NCBI GenBank assembly: GCA_028279745.1
Contig: JANQNC010000001.1
Location: 180,001-212,000 of the forward strand
Length of the DNA: 32,000 nt
Origin: Candidatus Nanoarchaeia archaeon
GTDB lineage: Archaea > Nanobdellota > Nanobdellia > Woesearchaeales > JANQNC01
Direction of reading: 5' to 3'
The notes beneath the pieces were generated by a model. That model was not told the DNA's origin and ran no database searches. It saw only the letters and a list, made by a program, of their open reading frames with translations. Position 1 is the stretch's first letter. Each line of letters starts with the position of its first letter. The position numbers and the translations under genes were made by a program. Below, piece by piece: positions 16,419 through 24,270 of this stretch.

Positions 16419-17033
16419 GTGGTGGAGAACATGGTGGATGATTACGAACTAGTGGCTAGTAAAAGAATTTCTAAATTAAGAGATGATCTAGACAGATTAA
16501 AAGAAAACAGACCAGGCACAAATACGATGGAAGGTTTACAAGACTCAATCGAGAAACTGAGCCAAAACTTATCCAACGTACTATCCGTATTTGAAGAAGC
16601 AGCAGAAGAGATGAAACTAGAGGACAGAGAGACAGAAGTGATAGCGCAGAAAATAGACCCTCTAATGGACAAGCTAGATGCTGTAATGGAACAAAACAAA
16701 AAAATAGCACAAGGAGTTGTTGCTGTTGCAGATATGATAAATGAGATGAAAGCAAATAAACCAATGGCAGCGCCAAAACCAAAAATGATGCCAGAAGCAC
16801 CAAAGCCTGAAGTGCCTCCTATGGCACCACCAAACTTCAAGATGCCTGAGACAACAACAATGGGTGTGCCGCCACCACCTGGAATGGCACCACCGCCAAT
16901 ACCAGAACAACCTTTACCAAATAATCCTCCAATGCCGCCGCAAGGAGCTCCACCGATGCCTCCAATAGGTGAACCGCCAAAAGAGGAAAAGAAAGAAAGC
17001 AAAGGTTTTTTAGGAATTAAGTTTACCAAATAA
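16419..17033 (+). CDS. coiled-coil protein with Met/Pro-rich C-terminal half
   Basis: N-terminal ~110 aa has heptad-like helices. In residues 115-187 I count about 31 Pro and 9 Met of 73 (PPPPGMAPPPIP, PPMPPQGAPPMPP). It ends with the basic tail KGFLGIKFTK. ATG 16431 is an alternative start. Confidence 0.6.
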   Translation: MVENMVDDYELVASKRISKLRDDLDRLKENRPGTNTMEGLQDSIEKLSQNLSNVLSVFEEAAEEMKLEDRETEVIAQKIDPLMDKLDAVMEQNKKIAQGVVAVADMINEMKANKPMAAPKPKMMPEAPKPEVPPMAPPNFKMPETTTMGVPPPPGMAPPPIPEQPLPNNPPMPPQGAPPMPPIGEPPKEEKKESKGFLGIKFTK

Positions 17034-17035
17034 AA

Positions 17036-17821
17036 ATGATTGATACAGAAAAGCACGTTTCTACACCACGTATGAAACGATTCTTAAAACACTTAGGTAA
17101 AGCATCAGAAAAAAGACATGAAGAGAAAAAAATAGATGCAAGGAGGCAATTTGTAGAGAAGATAGATTCATTATCTGATGAACCTTCATCACTACATGAA
17201 GATTTCTTAAAAGCAGATGCAAAAACAATAGAATCGCAAATCAAGAAAGCGTTAGATATAGAAAAAAGATTATTTGAAAGACAGCAAAAAGATGAAGCTG
17301 AACTCTCACAAACACAACATGTTATAGATAATGAACACGAAAGTATTGAGAGGTTGAGAGATGATCTAAGACATGTACAACACCAAGTTGTATCAACACA
17401 ACAAGCAGACGAACAGATGATACATCAGAATGATGATAGAATAAGTAGAATAACTGAAATGATGGCTCAGTTAAGCGCTAAAGTAGATGAGTTATCAGGA
17501 ATAAAATCAAGCGCAGAAGATAGGTTAAGAGAGATGGAAGAGAAAGTTAGCCAAACTGTTGCAAGAGAAGCAGAAACTGAAGCAAAACTAGCTGAAAAGA
17601 AAGAACCGACAGTTTTCTTAGTTAAAGAGAAGGACGTTCCTGTAAAAGTCAAGCCTAAAAAGGTTGAGAAAGAAGATAAGGTGAGTAAACGAGAGTTGAA
17701 AACGTATCTGAAAGGATTAGAAGCACACCATAAAAAGATGGTCAAAGCAGGATTCCATTCTAAAGGTGATTTAGGCAAGTTAAAAAGAAAGATAACTTCA
17801 TTGAAGAAGAAGTTGAAGTGA
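17036..17821 (+). CDS. coiled-coil protein (261 aa) with K-rich C-terminus
   Basis: Starts 2 nt after the upstream stop. Long E/Q/K/R-rich helical stretch. No family recognised. Confidence 0.6.
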   Translation: MIDTEKHVSTPRMKRFLKHLGKASEKRHEEKKIDARRQFVEKIDSLSDEPSSLHEDFLKADAKTIESQIKKALDIEKRLFERQQKDEAELSQTQHVIDNEHESIERLRDDLRHVQHQVVSTQQADEQMIHQNDDRISRITEMMAQLSAKVDELSGIKSSAEDRLREMEEKVSQTVAREAETEAKLAEKKEPTVFLVKEKDVPVKVKPKKVEKEDKVSKRELKTYLKGLEAHHKKMVKAGFHSKGDLGKLKRKITSLKKKLK

Positions 17822-18126
17822 TTTATATGAAAGAATTAACAGCTTACTTACTGCAATTTCATAGCAAGAAAAAGAAACTAAACGTAATCTATGCAGCACC
17901 AACAGGAACAGACAGAGACAAGTTATTTGCACAACTAGCAACATGTCATGCAGTTCTAAAAGAAACAACAAACCCAACAGAAATGAGTATGGAGGAAGTA
18001 TCAGGACTTGTTCAAAAAGTAATACTTACTGATTATGACTTCAAACAGCTAACAGGGATCAAGACCAATTTGACAAATTATAAAGGAATAATCAATCCAG
18101 CTTACACTTATCAGTTTAAGTTTTAG
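17818..18126 (+). CDS. hypothetical protein (102 aa)
   Basis: GTG 17818 overlaps the upstream stop. ATG 17827 is an alternative start. No family recognised. Confidence 0.5.
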   Translation: MIYMKELTAYLLQFHSKKKKLNVIYAAPTGTDRDKLFAQLATCHAVLKETTNPTEMSMEEVSGLVQKVILTDYDFKQLTGIKTNLTNYKGIINPAYTYQFKF

Positions 18127-18164
18127 GCTAAAAACTTAAAAACAAGTACTCTTCTACCACTAAT

Positions 18165-18674
18165 ATGAAAATAGGTGTGACTTCAGAAAACAAATTAAAA
18201 GTGGATGCTGTAAAAAAGGCTTATTCATTCTTAGGAAGTTCAGTTGAAGTGATAGGATATAAAGCAGATTCTGGCGTTGGAGAACAACCTGTTGAACAAC
18301 AGACATTAGAAGGAGCAAAAAACAGAATTTCAGATGTTAATTCAAGAGTTAAAGGTCTTCATAGGATAGTTTCTATCGAAAATGGAATTTTCAGAGAAGA
18401 TGAAAAGTGGTTAGATAAAGCAGTCATTGTCATCTACGATCCTACCAAAGATTCAGAACATGTTGCTTATTCAGATTCAATCATATTTCCAGATGAATAT
18501 GTTGAAAAGGCACGCCAGCTAGGATTTGATAAGATAACTGTTGCAAAAGTGATGGCAGATGAAGGTTATGTGACTAATCCAAAAGATCCCCACCTAACAA
18601 TTGCAGGAGTATCAAGACAAGTTTATATAGAAAAAACAGTCCAAAAACTTGTTGAACAAGTTGAAAAGGCATAA
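18165..18674 (+). CDS. inosine/xanthosine triphosphatase-type NTPase (YjjX/PF01931-like)
   Basis: MKIGVTSENKLKVDAVKKAY...ADSGVGEQPVEQQTLEGAKNRI is collinear with E. coli YjjX (SGVPEQP..EET..GA.NR). Confidence 0.75.
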   Translation: MKIGVTSENKLKVDAVKKAYSFLGSSVEVIGYKADSGVGEQPVEQQTLEGAKNRISDVNSRVKGLHRIVSIENGIFREDEKWLDKAVIVIYDPTKDSEHVAYSDSIIFPDEYVEKARQLGFDKITVAKVMADEGYVTNPKDPHLTIAGVSRQVYIEKTVQKLVEQVEKA

Positions 18675-18703
18675 ATATGCGGTTTCTACCTCAGAGTAAC
18701 TAA

Positions 18704-18717
18704 CAAACATTTATATA
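18704..18717 (+). promoter_or_regulatory. BRE/TATA promoter of the HAD-IIB-like gene
   Basis: caaacaTTTATATA. SD gaggggtg lies before TTG 18755. Confidence 0.5.
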
Positions 18718-18754
18718 AAATCAAGCATTATTAGTGCTTAGAGGGGTGTAAATT

Positions 18755-19534
18755 TTGCAAAAAGTAGTATTTACAGATTTAGGTGGAACACTATTAGATG
18801 ATAAAAATTCTTTAAATAAAGCATTGCCTGCTGTCAAGCATCTGAAGAAAAAGAACATTCCTTTAGTGATGTGTTCAAGCAAGACAAGAGCTGAAATAGA
18901 ACACTATCAAAACAAATTAGGAATAAATGAACCATTTGTAGCAGAAAATGGTGGGGCAATATTTATTCCGCCAGGATACTTTGACTTCGTATTCAAGTTT
19001 GACAGAAAAATATCAGGGTACTTAGTAGTACAACTAGGAACAGAGTATTCTAAACTATGTTCAATGGTTAAAAGACTAAAACTACAAGGCATACCAATCA
19101 AAAGCTTTTCAGAAATGCCTGCAAAGCAGATAGCACACGATTCAGGAATGTCAATGACACAAGCGAAACTAGCAAAACAATGCGAGTTCAATGAACCATT
19201 TAAGATGTTTAAAGAGGACGAACCTGAAGTTTCCAGAATATTGAGAGCAAACGGGATGGACTACATCAAAAGAGGAGATTACTATCATCTTGTCGGGAAG
19301 AATGATGAAGCAAAAGCAATCAAAATATTGACACAACTGTTTAAGAAAAAACACAAACAGATAAAGACAATAGGGTTTGGGTGTGAGGAACACCATCTGG
19401 GAATGTTAGAAAATGTTAAAGTTCCACACCTGTTAATGAAGAAAGACAAAACTTACTCTTCTAAAAAATTCAAGAAAATAAAAGACAAAGGACCAGACGG
19501 CTGGAAGAAAGCTGTTAAAACAGTTTGTAAATAA
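18755..19534 (+). CDS. HAD-IIB family protein, mannosyl-3-phosphoglycerate phosphatase (YedP)-like, with non-canonical catalytic motifs
   Basis: TTG start with SD gaggggtg. VVFTDLGGTLLD, IPLVMCSSKTRAEIEHYQNKLGINEPFVAENGGAI closely parallel YedP/MPGP. Motif I reads DLGGT and motif IV reads GFGCEEHH. Confidence 0.75.
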   Translation: MQKVVFTDLGGTLLDDKNSLNKALPAVKHLKKKNIPLVMCSSKTRAEIEHYQNKLGINEPFVAENGGAIFIPPGYFDFVFKFDRKISGYLVVQLGTEYSKLCSMVKRLKLQGIPIKSFSEMPAKQIAHDSGMSMTQAKLAKQCEFNEPFKMFKEDEPEVSRILRANGMDYIKRGDYYHLVGKNDEAKAIKILTQLFKKKHKQIKTIGFGCEEHHLGMLENVKVPHLLMKKDKTYSSKKFKKIKDKGPDGWKKAVKTVCK

Positions 19535-19545
19535 AATTCTTTAAT

Positions 19546-19944
19546 TTAAATCTTAAGAGAATAAATCTTTCCAGTTCTTTTGTAAAGTTTAACAACCTTA
19601 ACTAAATTGTAAATTAGCACAGAAAGCATAACAACAAACACAGGGAAAACTAATGGATTAAAATTGTAAGCACCTGTTAAGTCACCATGCAATAACCTTG
19701 ACATCCCTCTAGTCATGCCGCATGCAGGACAGTTGCAATTGTTGAATAACCCTCCTTCAGGACAAACACCTCCAAACATCAAAGGTAAAATAAAATGTTT
19801 GAAAACACATTTGAAAGGATAATACTTCAAAGTCTCTGTGGGAAGTGAAGCTAAAATTGCAAAGATTAAACTTAAATTAAAAAATTTGAAAAAAGGAGAA
19901 TTAAAAGAAATAAAATCAAAAAAGATTTGTTTTAGTCTACCCAT
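19546..19944 (-). CDS. DUF2752-family membrane protein
   Basis: CPACGMTRGMSRLLHGDLTGAYNFNPLVF motif plus flanking TM segments. The start overlaps the TM2 gene end by 13 nt. Confidence 0.7.
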   Translation of the reverse strand: MGRLKQIFFDFISFNSPFFKFFNLSLIFAILASLPTETLKYYPFKCVFKHFILPLMFGGVCPEGGLFNNCNCPACGMTRGMSRLLHGDLTGAYNFNPLVFPVFVVMLSVLIYNLVKVVKLYKRTGKIYSLKI

Positions 19945-20135
19945 TGTATTCCTTCAAACTTGTGTTTTGTAGCAATCAAGATTATATCAATAATCCACCA
20001 GATACCACACCCACCTAATGTCAATAGTTTTAGAATACCTAGGCCAATATGTCCCATGATAAATCTGTCAACTCCAAGCTGTCCAAAAATGATAGACATT
20101 ACAAGAGTTAAAACCCAACTTACTTTTTTAACCAT
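19932..20135 (-). CDS. TM2-domain membrane protein
   Basis: IIFGQLGVDRFIMGHIGLGILKLLTLGGCGIWWIIDIILI. SD ggaggtac upstream. Confidence 0.75.
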   Translation of the reverse strand: MVKKVSWVLTLVMSIIFGQLGVDRFIMGHIGLGILKLLTLGGCGIWWIIDIILIATKHKFEGIQWVD

Positions 20136-20187
20136 TTTAGTACCTCCAAATTGAATAATTATATATTTGAGCTTTTATAAAACTTTC

Positions 20188-20547
20188 TCAATTTTGACTG
20201 TGTTCTATTTCTGTTCTATGATGGTCCACATACTTGAAAAAATCAGTGATCAAATCTTTCAAAGGAATCTTCAAGAACGGGTTAACATTTCCCAATGTTT
20301 TAGATTTTCTGTATGCTGCTCTAAGACTTTCTTCGGGATGATTGTTGTCAATGGGAACAACATCCCTTGAAGTACAAACAACTCTAGAAAAACCATCTTT
20401 ATCCATGCCCGCAACTTTATCCATGATATAGAATCCTAGACCTTCAACTTGTTTGTTGTAGATAAGTTTGCCTTTTGCATTTATCGGTTTTCCAAAATGA
20501 CTCACATAACAATCAGTCACAACCATACACACAGAGTTATTTTCCAT
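20188..20547 (-). CDS. hypothetical protein (119 aa)
   Basis: The ORF starts 2 nt after the aroB stop. No family recognised. Confidence 0.5.
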   Translation of the reverse strand: MENNSVCMVVTDCYVSHFGKPINAKGKLIYNKQVEGLGFYIMDKVAGMDKDGFSRVVCTSRDVVPIDNNHPEESLRAAYRKSKTLGNVNPFLKIPLKDLITDFFKYVDHHRTEIEHSQN

Positions 20548-20549
20548 TT

Positions 20550-21671
20550 TTATCTTGTCCTCCTTAGTGCTTCAGTAACAAACTGGTTATCTATAAAGTC
20601 AGCATAGACTCCTGAGTAATCATTCATCTCCCCAATTCGTTTAGGTAAACAATATCTTGCTTTTCCGCCTTTAGCTTTTTTATCATTTGAAGTTACTGCG
20701 ATTATGTTTTCATCTGTTATGTTTTCAGGAATCTTTACAGGGAAATTCAATCTTGAAAATAAAGTTTCCTGTCTTGTAAGATCATCTTCAGAAAAGAATC
20801 CCAAAGCGTTTGCAATCCTTCCAGCAACCATCATACCCATGCTTACACATGCACCATGCGCCAAACCATAATCACTTAGCTTTTCTATCGCATGACCTGC
20901 AGTGTGACCATAGTTAAGTATCCTTCTTAATCCTTTTTCGTGAGGATCTTTCTCAACAACAGTTCCTTTGATCCTGCAGTTTGTCTTTGCGATATGCATC
21001 AACACGTTATGATCTAACTCTAATGCTTTTTGTGCATTCTCCTCAACATAAGCGAAGAAATCTTTATCCTGAATTACGCCATGTTTTACAGTTTCTACCA
21101 ATCCATTTTTTACTTCCATTTCAGGTAAAGTTCTTAATGTGTTAATGTCAACATAAACTCTTGAAGGTTGTTTGAATGAACCAACAAGATTCTTCCCGTA
21201 CTCTGTGTCAACTCCCGTCTTCCCACCTATAGAAGAGTCAGCTTGCGAAAGAATTGTGGTCGGGATCTGTATATATGGTATCCCTCTTAGATAAGTTGCT
21301 GCTACAAATCCTGCTAGATCTCCAACAACACCCCCGCCTAACGCGAGTACTGCAGACCCTCTGCCATATTTGTGTTTTGATAAATTGCCTATAAGAGACA
21401 TAGCCACATCAGTGTTCTTGCTTTGTTCTCCTGCTTCAAAAACAAACACTTTAGATTCAACACCTTCAGAGAATAATTTTTTCTCCAACTCATAAGAATA
21501 AAGTTCTGCGACATTTGAATCGGTTATGATTGCATATCTGGAACCTATCGGGTTATTCTTCAGATCTTTAGCGATCTTGCTAAACATACCCGAACCAAAA
21601 ATAATATCATAAGAATCATCAACCTCTCTTTTAAGATTTAAGTGTATTCTGTCTTCATATTGTTCTACCAT
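20550..21671 (-). CDS. aroB: 3-dehydroquinate synthase (type I, AroB family)
   Basis: Collinear with E. coli AroB: LALGGGVVGDLAGFVAATYLRGIPYIQIPTTILSQADSSIGGKTGVD, GKNLVGSF, ETVKHG, GLRRILNYGHTAGHAIE, AHGACV. Confidence 0.85.
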   Translation of the reverse strand: MVEQYEDRIHLNLKREVDDSYDIIFGSGMFSKIAKDLKNNPIGSRYAIITDSNVAELYSYELEKKLFSEGVESKVFVFEAGEQSKNTDVAMSLIGNLSKHKYGRGSAVLALGGGVVGDLAGFVAATYLRGIPYIQIPTTILSQADSSIGGKTGVDTEYGKNLVGSFKQPSRVYVDINTLRTLPEMEVKNGLVETVKHGVIQDKDFFAYVEENAQKALELDHNVLMHIAKTNCRIKGTVVEKDPHEKGLRRILNYGHTAGHAIEKLSDYGLAHGACVSMGMMVAGRIANALGFFSEDDLTRQETLFSRLNFPVKIPENITDENIIAVTSNDKKAKGGKARYCLPKRIGEMNDYSGVYADFIDNQFVTEALRRTR

Positions 21672-21683
21672 TTTCTCATTACC

Positions 21684-22106
21684 TCATTCGTTATCTTCAC
21701 TAAGTTCTCTGCTTAACTTATCATAGTATAGTTTAACATTACTTACTATCTCTTTAACAATTCCTGTGTGAGGATTTGAGTTTGTCTCTACGAGATACGC
21801 AATATCTTTTTTTCTGTCAATAGTCTCCACCTTGAATATCGGTGCTTCAGTTTCTGTTGGAACGAATGAGTTCATAGGACTAAGAACAACATAGGCAGAG
21901 CCATGAAAACTTGAAATAAAATATTCATCCCTTTCAGAATTCTCAAAAGTCATCTGAAGAATCCCTTTTCTCTGGCCTCTAAGAATCAAAAGAATATCAT
22001 CTTCTTCTTTATCAAGACAAGAACCCAAAGCATCTCCAATGATGCCTTTCATTGCATAAGTTTCAGTTAAATTGTAGTTTACTTTTTGTCGTTCTGATGG
22101 TTTCAT
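21684..22106 (-). CDS. hypothetical protein (140 aa)
   Basis: The ORF lies 18 nt downstream of the thermosome gene and 12 nt upstream of aroB. No family recognised. Confidence 0.5.
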   Translation of the reverse strand: MKPSERQKVNYNLTETYAMKGIIGDALGSCLDKEEDDILLILRGQRKGILQMTFENSERDEYFISSFHGSAYVVLSPMNSFVPTETEAPIFKVETIDRKKDIAYLVETNSNPHTGIVKEIVSNVKLYYDKLSRELSEDNE

Positions 22107-22124
22107 TTTCTACTCCAACATCTA

Positions 22125-23750
22125 TCACATCATTGGAGGCATTCCGCCACCCATTCCAGGGTCCATGTCTCCCTTAGGTGTGCTTCCTGCAATAACATCA
22201 TCTATTCTCAAAATCATAACAGCAACTTCTGAAGCTGAGCTAATAGCTTGAGTTTTGATCTTTAATGGTTCGATAACTCCTGCGCTCCAAGCATCCATAA
22301 CTTTGCCAGTGAACACGTTAACACCTGCCCACTTTTTACCTTTAGAATGGTGTGCCCTAACGTCAGTCATGATATCAATAGGATCCAATCCTGCATTTTC
22401 AGCAAGAGTTACAGGAACTGCTTCTAACGCATCAGCAAAAGCTTGAACTGCTAACTGTTCTCTTCCAGATAAAGAGCTGCTGAATCTCTTTAGGTATCTT
22501 ACAAGTTCAACTTCAATTGAGCCTGCACCACCAACAACTTTACCAACTTTCAAAGCAGCAACTAAATCCCCAATGGCATCTTCCATAGCTCTTTTTACTT
22601 CATCGACAACATGTTCTGTGCCGCCTCTGATCAACAGAGTTACTGATTTTGGATTTTTGCATCCTGTAACATAAGTCATTTCTTCATCACCAACTTTTTT
22701 CTCTTCAACGTTAGCGGATTTTCCTAAGTCTGAAGAGCTTAGATCTTCTAAGTTGTTAACGATGTTTGCGCCTGTTGCTTTTGCAAGCTTATCCATGTCA
22801 GACTTTTTCACTCTTCTACACGCATAGATGTCTGCTTTTGATAAGAAGTGTTGTGCTAAATCATCGATTCCTTTTTGGCATATAACAACGTTAGCTCCAG
22901 AAGCAATTATTTTGTCAACCATCTCTCTGATCATCTTTTCTTCTTGATCAATGAATGCTTGCATCTGAGCAGGATCTGTAATTTGTATTTTAGCATCAGT
23001 TTCAGTGTCTTTCATCTCGATAGCTGAATCAATCAAAGCTATTCTTGCATCTTCAACTTTTCTAGGCATTCCAGAATTAACTTTTTCCTTGTCAAGAATA
23101 ATTCCTTGAACTAATTCTGAGTTTTCAACACTTTCTCCAACTTTCTTTTCGATCTTAATATCTTCTTTATCGATGTGAACTCCAGATTCTCTTTCTTCTG
23201 CAACACCTTTAACTGCTTTAACAGATAGTTCTGAAAGCAATTCTTTATTTGACTCTGCACCTTTTCCAGTCATAGCAGTCATAGATATCTTTTTCAGTAA
23301 AGAATCATCTTTCTTACTAACATCTTCTGCAATAGAATTTAGAACAGACTGTGCTTTAATAGCTGCGGCTCTGTAACCTTTAACAATAACTGTTGGATGG
23401 ATATTTTGTTCTAACAATGATTCTGCTTTCTTTAACAATTCTCCAGCCAGAATAACTGCAGTTGTAGTGCCATCACCAACCTCATTCTCTTGAGTTTTAG
23501 CAATCTCAACAATCATCTTAGCAGCAGGATGCTCAATCTGCATCTCATCAAGAATTGTTGCACCATCATTTGTGACAATAACATCACCTAATGAATCAAC
23601 AATCATCTTGTCCATACCTTTAGGACCTAATGTTGTCCTAACAGTTTCAGCAACCAATTTACCAGCCAAAATATTGATTCTTTGAGCCTCTTTTCCTAAT
23701 GTTCTTGTAGAATCTTCAGATAAAATTTGTCCTTGATTTTTATTAACCAT
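22125..23750 (-). CDS. ths: thermosome subunit (group II chaperonin)
   Basis: [57 protein letters not shown], and the GGGMPPMM tail. Confidence 0.95.
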   Translation of the reverse strand: MVNKNQGQILSEDSTRTLGKEAQRINILAGKLVAETVRTTLGPKGMDKMIVDSLGDVIVTNDGATILDEMQIEHPAAKMIVEIAKTQENEVGDGTTTAVILAGELLKKAESLLEQNIHPTVIVKGYRAAAIKAQSVLNSIAEDVSKKDDSLLKKISMTAMTGKGAESNKELLSELSVKAVKGVAEERESGVHIDKEDIKIEKKVGESVENSELVQGIILDKEKVNSGMPRKVEDARIALIDSAIEMKDTETDAKIQITDPAQMQAFIDQEEKMIREMVDKIIASGANVVICQKGIDDLAQHFLSKADIYACRRVKKSDMDKLAKATGANIVNNLEDLSSSDLGKSANVEEKKVGDEEMTYVTGCKNPKSVTLLIRGGTEHVVDEVKRAMEDAIGDLVAALKVGKVVGGAGSIEVELVRYLKRFSSSLSGREQLAVQAFADALEAVPVTLAENAGLDPIDIMTDVRAHHSKGKKWAGVNVFTGKVMDAWSAGVIEPLKIKTQAISSASEVAVMILRIDDVIAGSTPKGDMDPGMGGGMPPMM

Positions 23751-23911
23751 TCTCTATATCCCCCATCATCTAAACTAAGTTTCAGAAGTAAGAAGTTGTT
23801 TATAAAGGTTATCCAGGAAAATGTCCTGTACAGTGGTTAATAGTCACTTAATAGGGGTTAGTTTAATAAAAAACATAAATGTATAAATACCTCTTAAACC
23901 ATCTGATACAA

Positions 23912-24241
23912 ATGTTTGAAAAGTACAAGAAAGGCGAAGTGTATCATATTGAAAATGTTCTAATAGATAATGAGCTATACAAAAAACTACATAATGAAAA
24001 TTTAGTCATAGCATATCATCAAAAAAAGAGTTTTATGTCTTATGAGTACATGATATTCTCAACATATCAAGAGTTAGGAGTTACACTAAAAGTATTTGGA
24101 GTTTTTTCACAAGAGCAGCTAGACAGTTTTTTCCAGCTAAAGAAAGTAAACAAGATCAAGCTTGATAGAGACAACCAACAAGTTAAGATAAAACTAGAAT
24201 GGATGCCTCCAAAAGATCTAGAAGGATTAATAAAAAAATAG
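23912..24241 (+). CDS. hypothetical protein (109 aa)
   Basis: The ORF-track start 23879 lies inside TATA tataaata (23882-23889). ATG 23912 is 23 nt downstream of it, the leaderless pattern. Confidence 0.45.
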   Translation: MFEKYKKGEVYHIENVLIDNELYKKLHNENLVIAYHQKKSFMSYEYMIFSTYQELGVTLKVFGVFSQEQLDSFFQLKKVNKIKLDRDNQQVKIKLEWMPPKDLEGLIKK

Positions 24242-24270
24242 AATAAAAAAAATAAAATGAAGAAAAGAGT

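Noticed and set aside
16442-17056. A 204-aa Gly-rich ORF on the minus strand, almost exactly antisense to the 204-aa Pro-rich gene.
   Set aside because: CCN Pro codons read as NGG Gly codons on the other strand. The product (GGIGGAPCGGIGG...) is a mirror artefact. There is no promoter or SD, and the sense strand has coiled-coil logic and operon coupling.
14822-18717. The idea that the shared aaacatttata(t/a)a promoter core marks a GGDEF-cluster-specific regulon.
   Set aside because: The same core occurs upstream of unrelated genes (6348-6363 for 5747-6325, and 31638-31653 for the histidine kinase). It therefore looks like the general strong BRE/TATA consensus of this genome. Only the 16-nt identity between 14822-14837 and 15764-15779 is retained as a note.
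23821-23870. A possible heat-shock regulator (Phr-like) operator near the thermosome promoter (ttaatagtcacttaat).
   Set aside because: There is only a short TTAAT direct repeat and no convincing palindrome matching the known Phr site. It sits on the far side of the TATA relative to the gene.
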